This document shows positions 1-9,029 of a DNA stretch of 64,000 nt, piece after piece. Position 1 is the stretch's first letter. Every line of letters begins with the position of its first letter. This DNA is from Dehalococcoidia bacterium (GTDB lineage: Bacteria; Chloroflexota; Dehalococcoidia; Lucifugimonadales; VXLM01). Where the stretch lies: the NCBI GenBank assembly GCA_965116655.1, contig OZ220720.1, positions 434,319-498,318 on the forward strand, given 5' to 3'. The position numbers and the translations under genes are program-made. The notes beneath the pieces are model-generated. The model saw nothing but the letters and a program-made list of their open reading frames with translations. It was not told the DNA's origin and searched no databases.

Positions 1-1
1 T

Positions 2-685
2 GATACCACCGACAGCGGCTGGGCCGATGAGGTGAATTCCGCCGTGAGCTACCGTCCCGCGTCCTGGACAAACATGAGAGCTGAAGAGGGCAACCCTCTC
101 CATTCATTTGAGGTAGCTGAGGCAATTCAGACATACCTCGATGAAGACCCGAACTCCGTATTCATTTGCGACGGCGGCGAGTGGGGTCAGTGGGCACAGG
201 CCTGCATCTCCGCTCCTACGAGAATCCTCAACGGTCCCGCGGGCTCCATCGGGACCTCCATCCCCTTCGCTCTAGCCGCCCGACTGGCGCGGCCCGATGC
301 CCGGATCGTAACCGTCTTGGGCGACGGCACCGCGGGGTTCCACGTCATGGAGTATGACACCGCTGTCCGATACGACATCCCCTTCATCGCCGTAGTCGGA
401 AACGACGCGGCCTGGAACGCGGAGTTTCAGATTCAGTTGCGGGAGTACGGCGACGAGCGTCTCGTGGGCTGCGAGCTTCTACCCTCCCGGTACGACCGCG
501 TTGCGGAGGCCCTCGGCGGCCACGGAGAACACGTCGACTCGGCTGGCGACTTGGCCCCGGCCCTTCACCGCGCCGGAGCATCAGGCCTCCCTGCCCTCGT
601 CAACGTCAATCTCGCCCGCGACGCGGCTCCCGTTGTGCGCAGGGGAACCGACACGCCTCAAGCCAGCTCCGCAGTGCTGCACTAG
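2..685 (+). CDS. Thiamine-diphosphate-dependent enzyme, C-terminal TPP-binding domain (5' partial; acetolactate synthase / oxalyl-CoA decarboxylase-like)
   Basis: The frame is open from the window edge, with no stop between nt 2 and 32. TPP motif VLGDGTAGFHVMEYDTAVRYDIPFIAVVGNDAAWN (GDG...NN). Confidence 0.8.
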   Translation, partial: DTTDSGWADEVNSAVSYRPASWTNMRAEEGNPLHSFEVAEAIQTYLDEDPNSVFICDGGEWGQWAQACISAPTRILNGPAGSIGTSIPFALAARLARPDARIVTVLGDGTAGFHVMEYDTAVRYDIPFIAVVGNDAAWNAEFQIQLREYGDERLVGCELLPSRYDRVAEALGGHGEHVDSAGDLAPALHRAGASGLPALVNVNLARDAAPVVRRGTDTPQASSAVLH

Positions 686-799
686 TGGCTCAACATCCTG
701 GTATTGATGAGTAGCGGGACTGTGACTTTGGTAGGGGCGGGTTTGAAACCCGCCCTGTCGGTGTAAAGCTACCCGTCATTTCAATGATGTTGGAGCACT
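681..799 (+). repeat. MITE/REP-like intergenic element, copy A
   Basis: nt 681-760 align to 47901-47979 (hand alignment: 7 substitutions and one 1-nt indel). Central hairpin GGGGCGGGTTTGAAACCCGCCC. Imperfect terminal inverted repeats AGTGGCTCAACATC... and ...GATGTTGGAGCACT. The element overlaps the TAG stop at 683-685. Confidence 0.7.
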
Positions 800-1234
800 G
801 GAAGTGGGCAACTCCGCGCGATAAGGAACGAAGCCCGTAAAACCCCGATTTGACGCCGGTTTACGGCAAGCCTAAACTGGAATATGGGGTCTCCGAACCG
901 CTGGTTTCGTTACCCATAACGAACTTTGTCCATTCACAGGCCAATGGGCGAATCGACAAAGTTCGGAAGAGGCGAGCGTCTGGTCGTAGTAACACGTCTT
1001 AACTTCGTGACCGCAACTTGACAATAACAAAGGGCGATGGCGCTAAATGGCACTAAATGGCACACATTTCGAGAGGTTTTTTCTTGTCGCGCCCTGGTGC
1101 TTCAAGCCCTCCGCCCCTCTATACAGGGCGATAACGCACTAGAGCACTCCGTGAATACCGCGCCACCGACGCGCCACGTGCGCCATTTTCATCGCCTGTT
1201 GCGACGGCCGCATGGCCACATCCGCAATTCCTGC

Positions 1235-1987
1235 CTAGTCGATAAACGTATCGGGCCACCAATCTGGCCACACCGACTCCCCTTGGTACGGAGAACGAGG
1301 GTCCCAGAAGCTGCGGGTCTGGATCGTTAGCTCCCTGATATTCGGACGATCCAATTCCATCGGCAGCGGAGATATCCTCCCCGGCACTCCGATGACAAAG
1401 CTGCGCGGCGGGATGTCCTTGGTCACGACCGCGCCTCCCGCGATGAAGCTCCCCTCGCCGATGGTGATGTCCGGCATCACCGTCACTCCCCCTCCGATCA
1501 TCACGTGGTCCTCGATGGTCGCCCCGCGAGGCGTTGGCATCGGCTCGATGCGGCCGGGAAATCGGTCGTTCGTGAAGGTGACGCCCGGCCCGATGAACAC
1601 ATGGTCGCCCACCCACGTCCGGGACGGTATGTACACGTGCGACATCACCCGCACCCCGGTGCCGAAGCGAACGATTCCTTCAATCGTCGACTGGTTCATG
1701 AGCGTGCAGTAGTCGCCGATCTTGACGAGCGCGCGGACGACCGAGTTGTACCCCGCCTGGAAGTGGTCTCCTATCCGCGTATCGCCATAGATGACCGTGC
1801 CCCGCCGGATCATGCAGTCTTTGCCAAGCACGGCGGGCCCGCACTCTTCGTGGTATCGCAATCCTATCTCCACGTTCGGCTCGATGATTGTCCCCTCACC
1901 AATCTGTGCGTTGTCAAAGTTGCCTGGGTCGAGTGTCTCCATACCGCCCTCCATGGTTCCATGCATGACATGCCGGAAGCATACCAC
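1235..1987 (-). CDS. Hexapeptide-repeat (left-handed beta-helix) acyl/acetyltransferase
   Basis: Repeated [LIV]-G-x-x-x-x hexapeptides (IGEGTIIEPNVEIG, IGDHVFIGPGVTF, IGGGVTVMPDITIGEGSFIAGGAVV). The start among M1/M8/M12/M16 is ambiguous. Confidence 0.8.
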   Translation of the reverse strand: MVCFRHVMHGTMEGGMETLDPGNFDNAQIGEGTIIEPNVEIGLRYHEECGPAVLGKDCMIRRGTVIYGDTRIGDHFQAGYNSVVRALVKIGDYCTLMNQSTIEGIVRFGTGVRVMSHVYIPSRTWVGDHVFIGPGVTFTNDRFPGRIEPMPTPRGATIEDHVMIGGGVTVMPDITIGEGSFIAGGAVVTKDIPPRSFVIGVPGRISPLPMELDRPNIRELTIQTRSFWDPRSPYQGESVWPDWWPDTFID

Positions 1988-2037
1988 GCAGTCTTGTCTT
2001 TGTTGACTGGCCCCTACCCCGTTGCTACGCTTGGGCT

Positions 2038-3504
2038 ATGAGCACTCGGCTTCGCGCGGTGTCATCGCTGTTATTTGCCCTAATCGCTCTGGCGGCGTGT
2101 GGACGGGAGGATCCGTCCGTAGCGCATGTAGGGGTAGACTCGCCGGACCTCCTAACCATCACATTCGATGGCGAGGGCTTCAGGCCGCTGCGGCTCGAAG
2201 TCGAGGTCGGGCAAGGGGTGGTCTTCACGAATGAGTCTGACACCTTCTTCTGGCCCGCCTCCAACATTCACCCGACCCACCAAATCTACCCGGAGTTCGA
2301 CTCCAAGGTTCCTATCGAGTCCGGCGATTCCTGGACATTCACGTTCGACCGTCCCGGATTCTGGCGTTATCACAACCACCTCGGCCCGGAGCGCAGCGGG
2401 CTGGTCGTCGTGAGCGGCGAGCCAACCGAGCCGCCCGTGCCCCTGGTGCTAACTACGGAAGGCCTCGACTTCGACGAGCCTTCTAACCTATCTCTCGCCC
2501 AGTACATGGAGCTCTACGAGAGCGATAACGCCATGACGAGATTCCTGCGCGAATACGGCCCCTCCAACACGGTGAAGGCTCTTCTCGAAGGCTCGAAGCG
2601 CACGAACGCCGACTGCCACCAGCGCGCCCACGATGCCGGCCGCATGGCTTACGAGCTGTTCGGCGCGGCGGCATTCTACCTTTCGAGTCACGAGTGTCAG
2701 GCAGGGACGTACCACGGAGCGACCGAGGCCCTCTTCCACGATCGTGGCACTATCAACCTTCGTCAGGACGTGTCAGTGCTGTGCAGTTACGCGAGCGTGT
2801 CGTTCTACTACCTGCAATGCCTCCACGGTGTCGGACATGGCCTCATGGCGTGGACGAGCTACGAGCTCCACGACGCGCTCGCTCTGTGCGAGGAGCTCGA
2901 CGCCCCGGCAGACCACCGCGCCTGCTACTCCGGGGTCTTCATGGAGAACGTCATCGGCGGTCTGTCGGGACTGATGGGCCACGTGACCGAGTATCTGTCC
3001 GACGATCCCCACTTCCCCTGCAACGCCCTTGACGAGTCGTATGTCCAGATGTGCTACTTCTATCAGAGCACCCGCATGATGATCCTCTACGAAAATGACT
3101 TCGGCAAGGTTGCCGAGACCTGCGCCGCAGCCCCCGAAGAGGCCCACCACTACTGCTTCCGCAGTCTTGGCCGGGACGTGGGCGGCTTCACCGTCGGAGA
3201 TCCCGGACGCGCCATCGAGCTGTGCGGCCTGGCAGAGGAACCGACCAACCGCGCCTACTGCATAGAAGGAGCCGTGCAAAACCGCTTTTGGGAGGTCTCC
3301 GGTGCCGACGAAGCGCTCTCGATGTGCGCGATGTCGGCCGACCAGGGCGACCGGTTCGCCTGCAATCAGACCATCGTCTTCCGCGCTCAGGAACTCTACG
3401 AGACCCAAGAGGCATTTTCGGCTTTCTGCAATCGTGTGGACGAGAGCTTCAGGCCCTGGTGCCACAGCAAGGAGATCACGCGGGTGGGCAGTGAGTCTCC
3501 ATAG
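2038..3504 (+). CDS. Lipoprotein with N-terminal cupredoxin-like domain and C-terminal Cys-containing helical repeats (function unknown)
   Basis: Signal peptide with lipobox LIALAAC. Cupredoxin-like stretch VEVGQGVVFTNES...GDSWTFTFDRPGFWRYHNHLGPERSGLVVV. About seven spaced C-x3-[GH]-type repeats follow. Confidence 0.6.
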   Translation: MSTRLRAVSSLLFALIALAACGREDPSVAHVGVDSPDLLTITFDGEGFRPLRLEVEVGQGVVFTNESDTFFWPASNIHPTHQIYPEFDSKVPIESGDSWTFTFDRPGFWRYHNHLGPERSGLVVVSGEPTEPPVPLVLTTEGLDFDEPSNLSLAQYMELYESDNAMTRFLREYGPSNTVKALLEGSKRTNADCHQRAHDAGRMAYELFGAAAFYLSSHECQAGTYHGATEALFHDRGTINLRQDVSVLCSYASVSFYYLQCLHGVGHGLMAWTSYELHDALALCEELDAPADHRACYSGVFMENVIGGLSGLMGHVTEYLSDDPHFPCNALDESYVQMCYFYQSTRMMILYENDFGKVAETCAAAPEEAHHYCFRSLGRDVGGFTVGDPGRAIELCGLAEEPTNRAYCIEGAVQNRFWEVSGADEALSMCAMSADQGDRFACNQTIVFRAQELYETQEAFSAFCNRVDESFRPWCHSKEITRVGSESP

Positions 3505-3575
3505 AAGCCCCGTTCGACCGAGCGACAGCAATCCACTCCCGCTCGATCACATCCTGCCAGGATCCCGAATGCGTG

Positions 3576-3604
3576 TTGACAGCCTCCTCCTCCGTTCATA
3601 GACT
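3576..3604 (+). promoter_or_regulatory. Candidate sigma70-type promoter (TTGACA-N17-TAGACT) upstream of the DUF502 gene
   Basis: Hexamers read directly, 67 nt upstream of the ATG at 3671. Confidence 0.35.
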
Positions 3605-3670
3605 TACGTCGAACGACTACGCTCGGACTCTTCGACTCTCCCGCAACGGACTATCTCCGCGAGGCCCTCG

Positions 3671-4429
3671 ATGACGGAAGACCCTCAAAAAACGTCCTTC
3701 GCCAAGAAGATCGCCGGGCACGTTCGCGCTACGCTCATCGCGGGCGTGCTGATCCTCGTGCCCATTGCCATCACCTACATTCTGGTGAAGTGGGTCTTCG
3801 ACAACATCGACGGACTGCTCGCGCCGGTCGTCGATAGGTTCACTGGTCAGCACATTCCGGGGCTGGGCCTGCTCGTACTGCTCATCATTGTCTATCTCCT
3901 CGGCCTGATCTGGACGAAACGACTCGGCCGCCGCAGCATCCGCACTCTTCAACTCTTTCTCCTCAAGATTCCACTTATCGGCGCCATATACGGCCCCGCC
4001 AGAAAGCTCATCGAGTCGTTCACCGGCGAAAGCGCGGCGGGCTTCAAGCGCGTAGTGGTCGTCGAGTACCCAAAGCAGGGCACCTGGATGATCGGATTCC
4101 TCACGGGGATATCGAACGTCGTGCCGGGCACCACCATGGGCGTGATCTATCTTCCAACTGCGCCTACTCCCAACTCCGGCTGGGTGGCGATGGTGCCGAT
4201 TCAGAACATCTACGACACCACGATGACCGTACAGGAAGCTATGTCGATGGTGCTCTCAGGCGGGATATCCTCACCGGCGCAGATCGACCTCAAGCCGATG
4301 GATCCCGCGGAGGTGGCCGAGTTCGCAACCGTGGGCCCACCGGGAACTTGGTCGTCGGTACGCCCGGAATCCGGGGTGTTCAACCTGCCGTTCATTGGCA
4401 ACCGAGACGATGAAGAGGAAAATAGGTGA
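3671..4429 (+). CDS. DUF502 family membrane protein
   Basis: Two N-terminal TM helices, IPLIGAIY motif, VVVEYPKQGTWMIGFLTG and LPTAPTPNSGW typical of DUF502. Confidence 0.75.
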   Translation: MTEDPQKTSFAKKIAGHVRATLIAGVLILVPIAITYILVKWVFDNIDGLLAPVVDRFTGQHIPGLGLLVLLIIVYLLGLIWTKRLGRRSIRTLQLFLLKIPLIGAIYGPARKLIESFTGESAAGFKRVVVVEYPKQGTWMIGFLTGISNVVPGTTMGVIYLPTAPTPNSGWVAMVPIQNIYDTTMTVQEAMSMVLSGGISSPAQIDLKPMDPAEVAEFATVGPPGTWSSVRPESGVFNLPFIGNRDDEEENR

Positions 4430-4435
4430 CCTGCT

Positions 4436-5032
4436 ATGGGAGTTGACGCTAACAAAGTCCGACTGACCGGAGAGAACTCATTCCTGCGATTGAGCGAGTC
4501 GGCCGATGCGGAACCCACGACCAGCAACAGCCACTGGCGAATCGTCCACTCGCCCAAGGGACCGGGACACGTGCTCTTTACGAAGGGCGAGTTGACCGGC
4601 GGCGAGACCCGCATCTACTCCGACAACATCGACATGGCGCGGTGGCTTCAAGAAGGCGTGCAGGCGTCCATGGGCGACCAGTACGCCGGCGATATCCCCA
4701 TTATCGAGGCCGACTTTTGGAAGTCGGGCGACACGCTGTCCTTCTGGACTGAGTACATCGAGTCGCGTGATGACCACATCACCCTGACGTGGTACGACCT
4801 CGGCGAGCCGGTGATGATGGCGAATCCGCCTGGCGAGAAGGAAGGCCAGCCGCACGGCGTCTACAGCCTGCTCATCCCGGCGGCGCGAGCGCAGATGACC
4901 GTGAACGGCGTCGTCGCGTCAGGCAAGGCGCATCCCCGCCCGCTGGACGATACGACCGCCATCAGCACCTGCTGCATCGCCCTTTCGGAGACGTGGACCA
5001 TCCCGCGAGACCACGAGTGGGCCTCAGCCTGA
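4436..5032 (+). CDS. Hypothetical protein (distant paralog of 40610-41212)
   Basis: Starts 7 nt after the DUF502 stop. Genome-like codon usage. Shares colinear motifs with the 40610 ORF. Confidence 0.6.
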   Translation: MGVDANKVRLTGENSFLRLSESADAEPTTSNSHWRIVHSPKGPGHVLFTKGELTGGETRIYSDNIDMARWLQEGVQASMGDQYAGDIPIIEADFWKSGDTLSFWTEYIESRDDHITLTWYDLGEPVMMANPPGEKEGQPHGVYSLLIPAARAQMTVNGVVASGKAHPRPLDDTTAISTCCIALSETWTIPRDHEWASA

Positions 5033-5042
5033 GAGCGGCGTT

Positions 5043-6224
5043 TTAGGTAGCTGCACTCCGCTCCGGCCGCCTTCGCTGCGCTTCCAGCCATTTCCGCTTC
5101 TGCTCCCTTCGAGTCTTCTCATCCGGCGGAACGAACCTTGCATGAAACGCCGCTCGATACTCCTCGAATGTGCCCTCGCGAATGGCGGCCCTGATCTCTT
5201 CCATGAGACGCAGCACGAACCGGACGTTGTGGACTGTCGCCAACCGGAACGCCAGCAGCTCGTTCGCCTTGAAGAGATGGTGAACGTACCCTGCCGTGAA
5301 CGTCTCGCAGGTATAGCAGTCGCAGTCCTCTTCGATTGGCGTCTGCCGGTCTCTAAAGCGCGCCGTATCGACGTTGATGCGTCCGTCGCGAACGAAGAGC
5401 GCCCCGTTGCGCGCAATTCGCGTCGGCAGGACGCAATCAAACATGTCTATGCCTCGCGCCACGCTCTCAACGAGGTCCTCCGGCGAACCGACGCCCATGA
5501 GGTACCGAGGCCGCTCGGAGGGCAATAGCGCGGTGGTATGCCCCACGGTGTCGTGCATGTCCTGCTTGGATTCGCCGACGCTCAGACCGCCTAATGCGTA
5601 CCCGGGAAAGTCCAAGCCCGTGATCTGTTCCGCTGATACCTCCCGTAGGTCAGAAAATGTCCCGCCCTGAACGATGCCGAAGAGCATCTGGTCGTCACGA
5701 GTCTGCGCCGCGCGGCATTGTTCTGCCCATCGCGTCGTCAGTTCGACCGCTTCGACCACGCCGGCGCGGTCGCTGCCACCCGGAGCGCAAATGTCGATCG
5801 GCATGATCACGTCCGCCCCGATGCCTTCTTGATGACGGATGACCGACTCGGGACTGAACATGTGCTTGCTGCCGTCGATGTGCGACCTGAACTCGATCCC
5901 TTCGTCGCTGATGTTCCGCAGATGCTCGAGGCTGAAACCCTGGAAGCCTCCGCTGTCGGTCAGCGTAGGCCCGTTCCACGCCATGAACGCCGCGAGACCG
6001 CCCGAATCCCGGACCGACTCCACCCCCGGCCTGAGATACAGGTGGTAGGTATTGCCCAGCAGGATCGTCGCCCCCATCCGGCGAAGGTCGTTCGGATCGA
6101 CCGCCTTCACGGAACCCTGTGTAGCGACCGGCATGAACGCCGGGGTCGGCACGTCGCCATGGGGCGTGTGAAGCGTCCCCAGACGGGCGTCGCCGTCGGT
6201 CTTGTGAAGAGTGAATTTGCTCAT
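5043..6224 (-). CDS. tgt: tRNA-guanine transglycosylase (queuine tRNA-ribosyltransferase)
   Basis: MSKFTLHKTDGDARLGTLHTPHGDVPTPAFMPVATQGSVK and LGGLSVGE motifs, plus Zn-site CxCxxC (CDCYTC). The ORF is open to a GTG at 6275, but homolog-like N-termini start at MSKF (6224). Confidence 0.93.
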   Translation of the reverse strand: MSKFTLHKTDGDARLGTLHTPHGDVPTPAFMPVATQGSVKAVDPNDLRRMGATILLGNTYHLYLRPGVESVRDSGGLAAFMAWNGPTLTDSGGFQGFSLEHLRNISDEGIEFRSHIDGSKHMFSPESVIRHQEGIGADVIMPIDICAPGGSDRAGVVEAVELTTRWAEQCRAAQTRDDQMLFGIVQGGTFSDLREVSAEQITGLDFPGYALGGLSVGESKQDMHDTVGHTTALLPSERPRYLMGVGSPEDLVESVARGIDMFDCVLPTRIARNGALFVRDGRINVDTARFRDRQTPIEEDCDCYTCETFTAGYVHHLFKANELLAFRLATVHNVRFVLRLMEEIRAAIREGTFEEYRAAFHARFVPPDEKTRREQKRKWLEAQRRRPERSAAT

Positions 6225-6283
6225 GGAGTATGTGGCGCGTGAGCCGGTCCGTTCCCAGATAGCTGATGTTCGCACCCATCGTC

Positions 6284-6338
6284 ATTATATGCCAGTCCGG
6301 GCGAAATCATTCTTGGGCCGAACCTGATTGAGTATAAT
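6284..6338. promoter_or_regulatory. Divergent promoter region with two perfect TATAAT hexamers (minus strand 6284-6289 for tgt; plus strand 6333-6338 for alaS)
   Basis: Hexamers read directly in the 150-nt tgt/alaS intergenic region. -35 elements are weak. Confidence 0.4.
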
Positions 6339-6374
6339 GTTGCTTTGAGCTTGACCAAGAGAAGGCGGGCGACG

Positions 6375-9029
6375 ATGAACTCCAACGAGATACGCGAACG
6401 ATTCCTCAGCTACTTTGAGTCACAGGGTCACTCACGGGTTGCCAGCTCCTCGCTGATTCCGGTGGGCGACCCTACCCTGCTGCTCACCACCGCGGGAATG
6501 GTGCAGTTCAAGCCCTACTTTTCGGGAGAGGCAACACCCCCGAATCGCCGCCTGACCTCCTCGCAGAAGTCCTTCCGATCCGTCGATATCGACGAGGTAG
6601 GCGACTCGACTCACCTGACCATGTTCGAGATGCTGGGGAACTTCAGCTTCGGAGACTACTTCAAGGACGGGGCTATGGGATTCGCGGTCGACTGCCTCGA
6701 GTCCGCCATGGGCCTGCCGAGGGAAAACTTCGCCGCGACGGTACACGAGAGCGACGACGAGGCCTACGACCTGTGGCAGAAACACGGCATCCCCCCGGAA
6801 CGCATCTATCGATTCGGCGACGCGGACAACTGGTGGGGGCCTGCAGGCGAGGAAGGTCCTACCGGGCCATGCGCCGAGCTTCACTACGACTTCGGCGACG
6901 CGCGGCCGGGCTGCGGAGACGATGACTGCGGCCCCAACTGCGAGGACGTTAACCCCGAGACCGGTCTCGTCTGTCAACGCTATGTAGAGCTGTGGAATCT
7001 CGTGTTCATGCAGTTCTACCATAACCTGGACGGCAGCCGCCCCCCTCTGCCACAAACCGGCATTGACACGGGAATGGGATTTGAGCGGCTTGTGGTCGTT
7101 CTGCAGGACGTCAAGGACATCTATGGTACTGACCTGTTTCTCCCGCTCATCCTCAAAGTGGAGCAGATCAGCGGCCACGACTCGGAGGAGAGTGACGAGG
7201 TGAGGCAGGCGATGCGGGTCGTCGCCGAGCACGGGCGTAGTTCAGCCTTCCTCATAGCAGACGGTGTTGTTCCTTCCAACGACGGGCGGGGCTATGTTTT
7301 GCGCCGTCTCATAAGGCGTGCCATCCGACACGCCCGCAGACTCGGCATGGACGAGCCGTTCTTGGGCGAAATCGCCGATGCCGTCATCGAGATCATGGGA
7401 GACGCCTATCCCGAACTCAGAAACAACCGCGAATTCGTCCAGACCGTCATCAAGCTGGAGGAGGAGCGCTTCCTGGCGGTCTTCCAGAACGGCTACGCGA
7501 TGCTGAACGACGCCATCAAGGACGCAGAGTCCCTGTCCGGCGATGCAGCCTTCCGTCTGTGGGACACGTACGGATTCCCAGTTGAGATGACCCAGGAGAT
7601 CGCGGCGGAGAGCGGTGTCGGCGTTGATATGGAGGGGTTCGAGCGGCACATGGCCGAGCAGCGTGAGCGTGCTCGCGCCGGCGCGACGTTCGGGGCAGAC
7701 CGCACGAAGATACGACAGTATGAGAGCTTGGGCGTCGGCGGAGTGAAATTCCTCGGCTATGAGTCGCTGGTGTCGCACACCGTCGCCGTCGGATTGATTT
7801 CCGGCGATGAGGTCGTGGGCGAGGCAGCCGAAGGTGACGAGGTAGAGATCGCGCTCGTGGAGACTCCCTTCTACCCCGAAGGCGGCGGTCAGGTCGGTGA
7901 TGCCGGCGAGCTCGTCGGCCCTGAGGGCAAGATCCTCGTTCACGACACACAGCGAGTCATGCCCGATCTCATCATGCACTTCGGCAAGGTCGTACAGGGC
8001 AAGATAGCATTGGGCCAGTCCATCGACGCCTACGTCGATCCCGTGCGCCGGGAGGACACCGCGCGGAACCATACCGCCACCCACTTGCTCCATGCGGCCC
8101 TACGAGAGGTGCTCGGCGCGCACGTGCGGCAGGCCGGTTCGCTCGTCGCGCCGGACAGGCTCCGTTTCGACTTCTCCCATGTCGAACCGGTAACAGACGA
8201 TGAGATGCGCCAGATACAGTTTCTCGTCAACGAGAAGATTCGCCACAACGCCACGGTGAGCAAGTCGGAGGACAGGTACTCCAACGCCATCAAGCGCGGC
8301 GCTCTCGCGTTCTTTGGCGACAAGTACGAGGACACGGTACGGCTTATCGAGATTGCGAACGGCGCGACCTTCAGCTTCGAGGTCTGCGGCGGAACGCACG
8401 TCGCTCGGACGGGCGAGCTTGGCTCCGTCTTCGTGCTCGGCGAGTCGAGCATCGGTGCGGGAATGCGCCGAATCGAGGCCACGAGCGGGCGTGGAGCCGA
8501 GCGCGTCGTGAACGAGCGGATATATTCCACTAATGCCGTCGCCGCCAAGCTCCAGACACCCGTTGCCGACATCGAGGGACGGATCGATGGCTTGCTTGAA
8601 GAGCTGACCAGTCTGCGCCGTGAGAAGGAGAACCTTGAACGCAAGCTATCCCTCACGTCCGCAAGCGATCTCCTCGAACGGCGGCAAGACGTTGGCGGAG
8701 TCTCAGTGCTCTCGGCCAGGGTGGACGCCGCGAACGTGGATTCCATGCGGGAGATGGGCGACTGGCTCCGGGACAAGATGGGCAGCGGGGTCGTCGTGCT
8801 CGGCGCGGTCATCAACGACCGCCCTTCCCTCATCTCCATGGTCACGCCCGATCTGCGTTCAAGCGGACTGGACGCCGCCGGTATCGTTCGAGGCGCCGCC
8901 AAGGTGATCGGCGGCGGCGGCGGCGGACGACCCGATGCCGCGCAGGCGGGAGGCCGGGACGCCTCGAAGCTCGATGACGCGCTCAACCTCGTGCCGAGCC
9001 TCGTCCAAGAGCAGTTGGGCCAGGCTTGA
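6375..9029 (+). CDS. alaS: Alanine--tRNA ligase
   Basis: Class II AlaRS motifs (FKPYF, FEMLGNFSFGDYFK, WGPAG), editing-domain HxxxH (HTATHLLH), C-terminal DHHA1-like GGGGG(R). ATG at 6375 is preferred over TTG at 6345. Confidence 0.97.
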   Translation: MNSNEIRERFLSYFESQGHSRVASSSLIPVGDPTLLLTTAGMVQFKPYFSGEATPPNRRLTSSQKSFRSVDIDEVGDSTHLTMFEMLGNFSFGDYFKDGAMGFAVDCLESAMGLPRENFAATVHESDDEAYDLWQKHGIPPERIYRFGDADNWWGPAGEEGPTGPCAELHYDFGDARPGCGDDDCGPNCEDVNPETGLVCQRYVELWNLVFMQFYHNLDGSRPPLPQTGIDTGMGFERLVVVLQDVKDIYGTDLFLPLILKVEQISGHDSEESDEVRQAMRVVAEHGRSSAFLIADGVVPSNDGRGYVLRRLIRRAIRHARRLGMDEPFLGEIADAVIEIMGDAYPELRNNREFVQTVIKLEEERFLAVFQNGYAMLNDAIKDAESLSGDAAFRLWDTYGFPVEMTQEIAAESGVGVDMEGFERHMAEQRERARAGATFGADRTKIRQYESLGVGGVKFLGYESLVSHTVAVGLISGDEVVGEAAEGDEVEIALVETPFYPEGGGQVGDAGELVGPEGKILVHDTQRVMPDLIMHFGKVVQGKIALGQSIDAYVDPVRREDTARNHTATHLLHAALREVLGAHVRQAGSLVAPDRLRFDFSHVEPVTDDEMRQIQFLVNEKIRHNATVSKSEDRYSNAIKRGALAFFGDKYEDTVRLIEIANGATFSFEVCGGTHVARTGELGSVFVLGESSIGAGMRRIEATSGRGAERVVNERIYSTNAVAAKLQTPVADIEGRIDGLLEELTSLRREKENLERKLSLTSASDLLERRQDVGGVSVLSARVDAANVDSMREMGDWLRDKMGSGVVVLGAVINDRPSLISMVTPDLRSSGLDAAGIVRGAAKVIGGGGGGRPDAAQAGGRDASKLDDALNLVPSLVQEQLGQA

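Noticed and set aside
703-752. Hammerhead-ribozyme-like words (TGATGAG ... GAAAC) inside MITE copy A
   Set aside because: The first core word is TTGATGAG, not CTGATGAG. Neither word is conserved in copy B (TTGAAGAG, TTTGTAAC), and no consistent three-stem fold could be drawn.
2003-2040. TTGACT-N17-TACGCT promoter that would make the 2038 lipoprotein mRNA leaderless
   Set aside because: The -10 hexamer is weak (TACGCT), and I cannot exclude an upstream promoter inside the divergent gene. This is too speculative to list as a feature.
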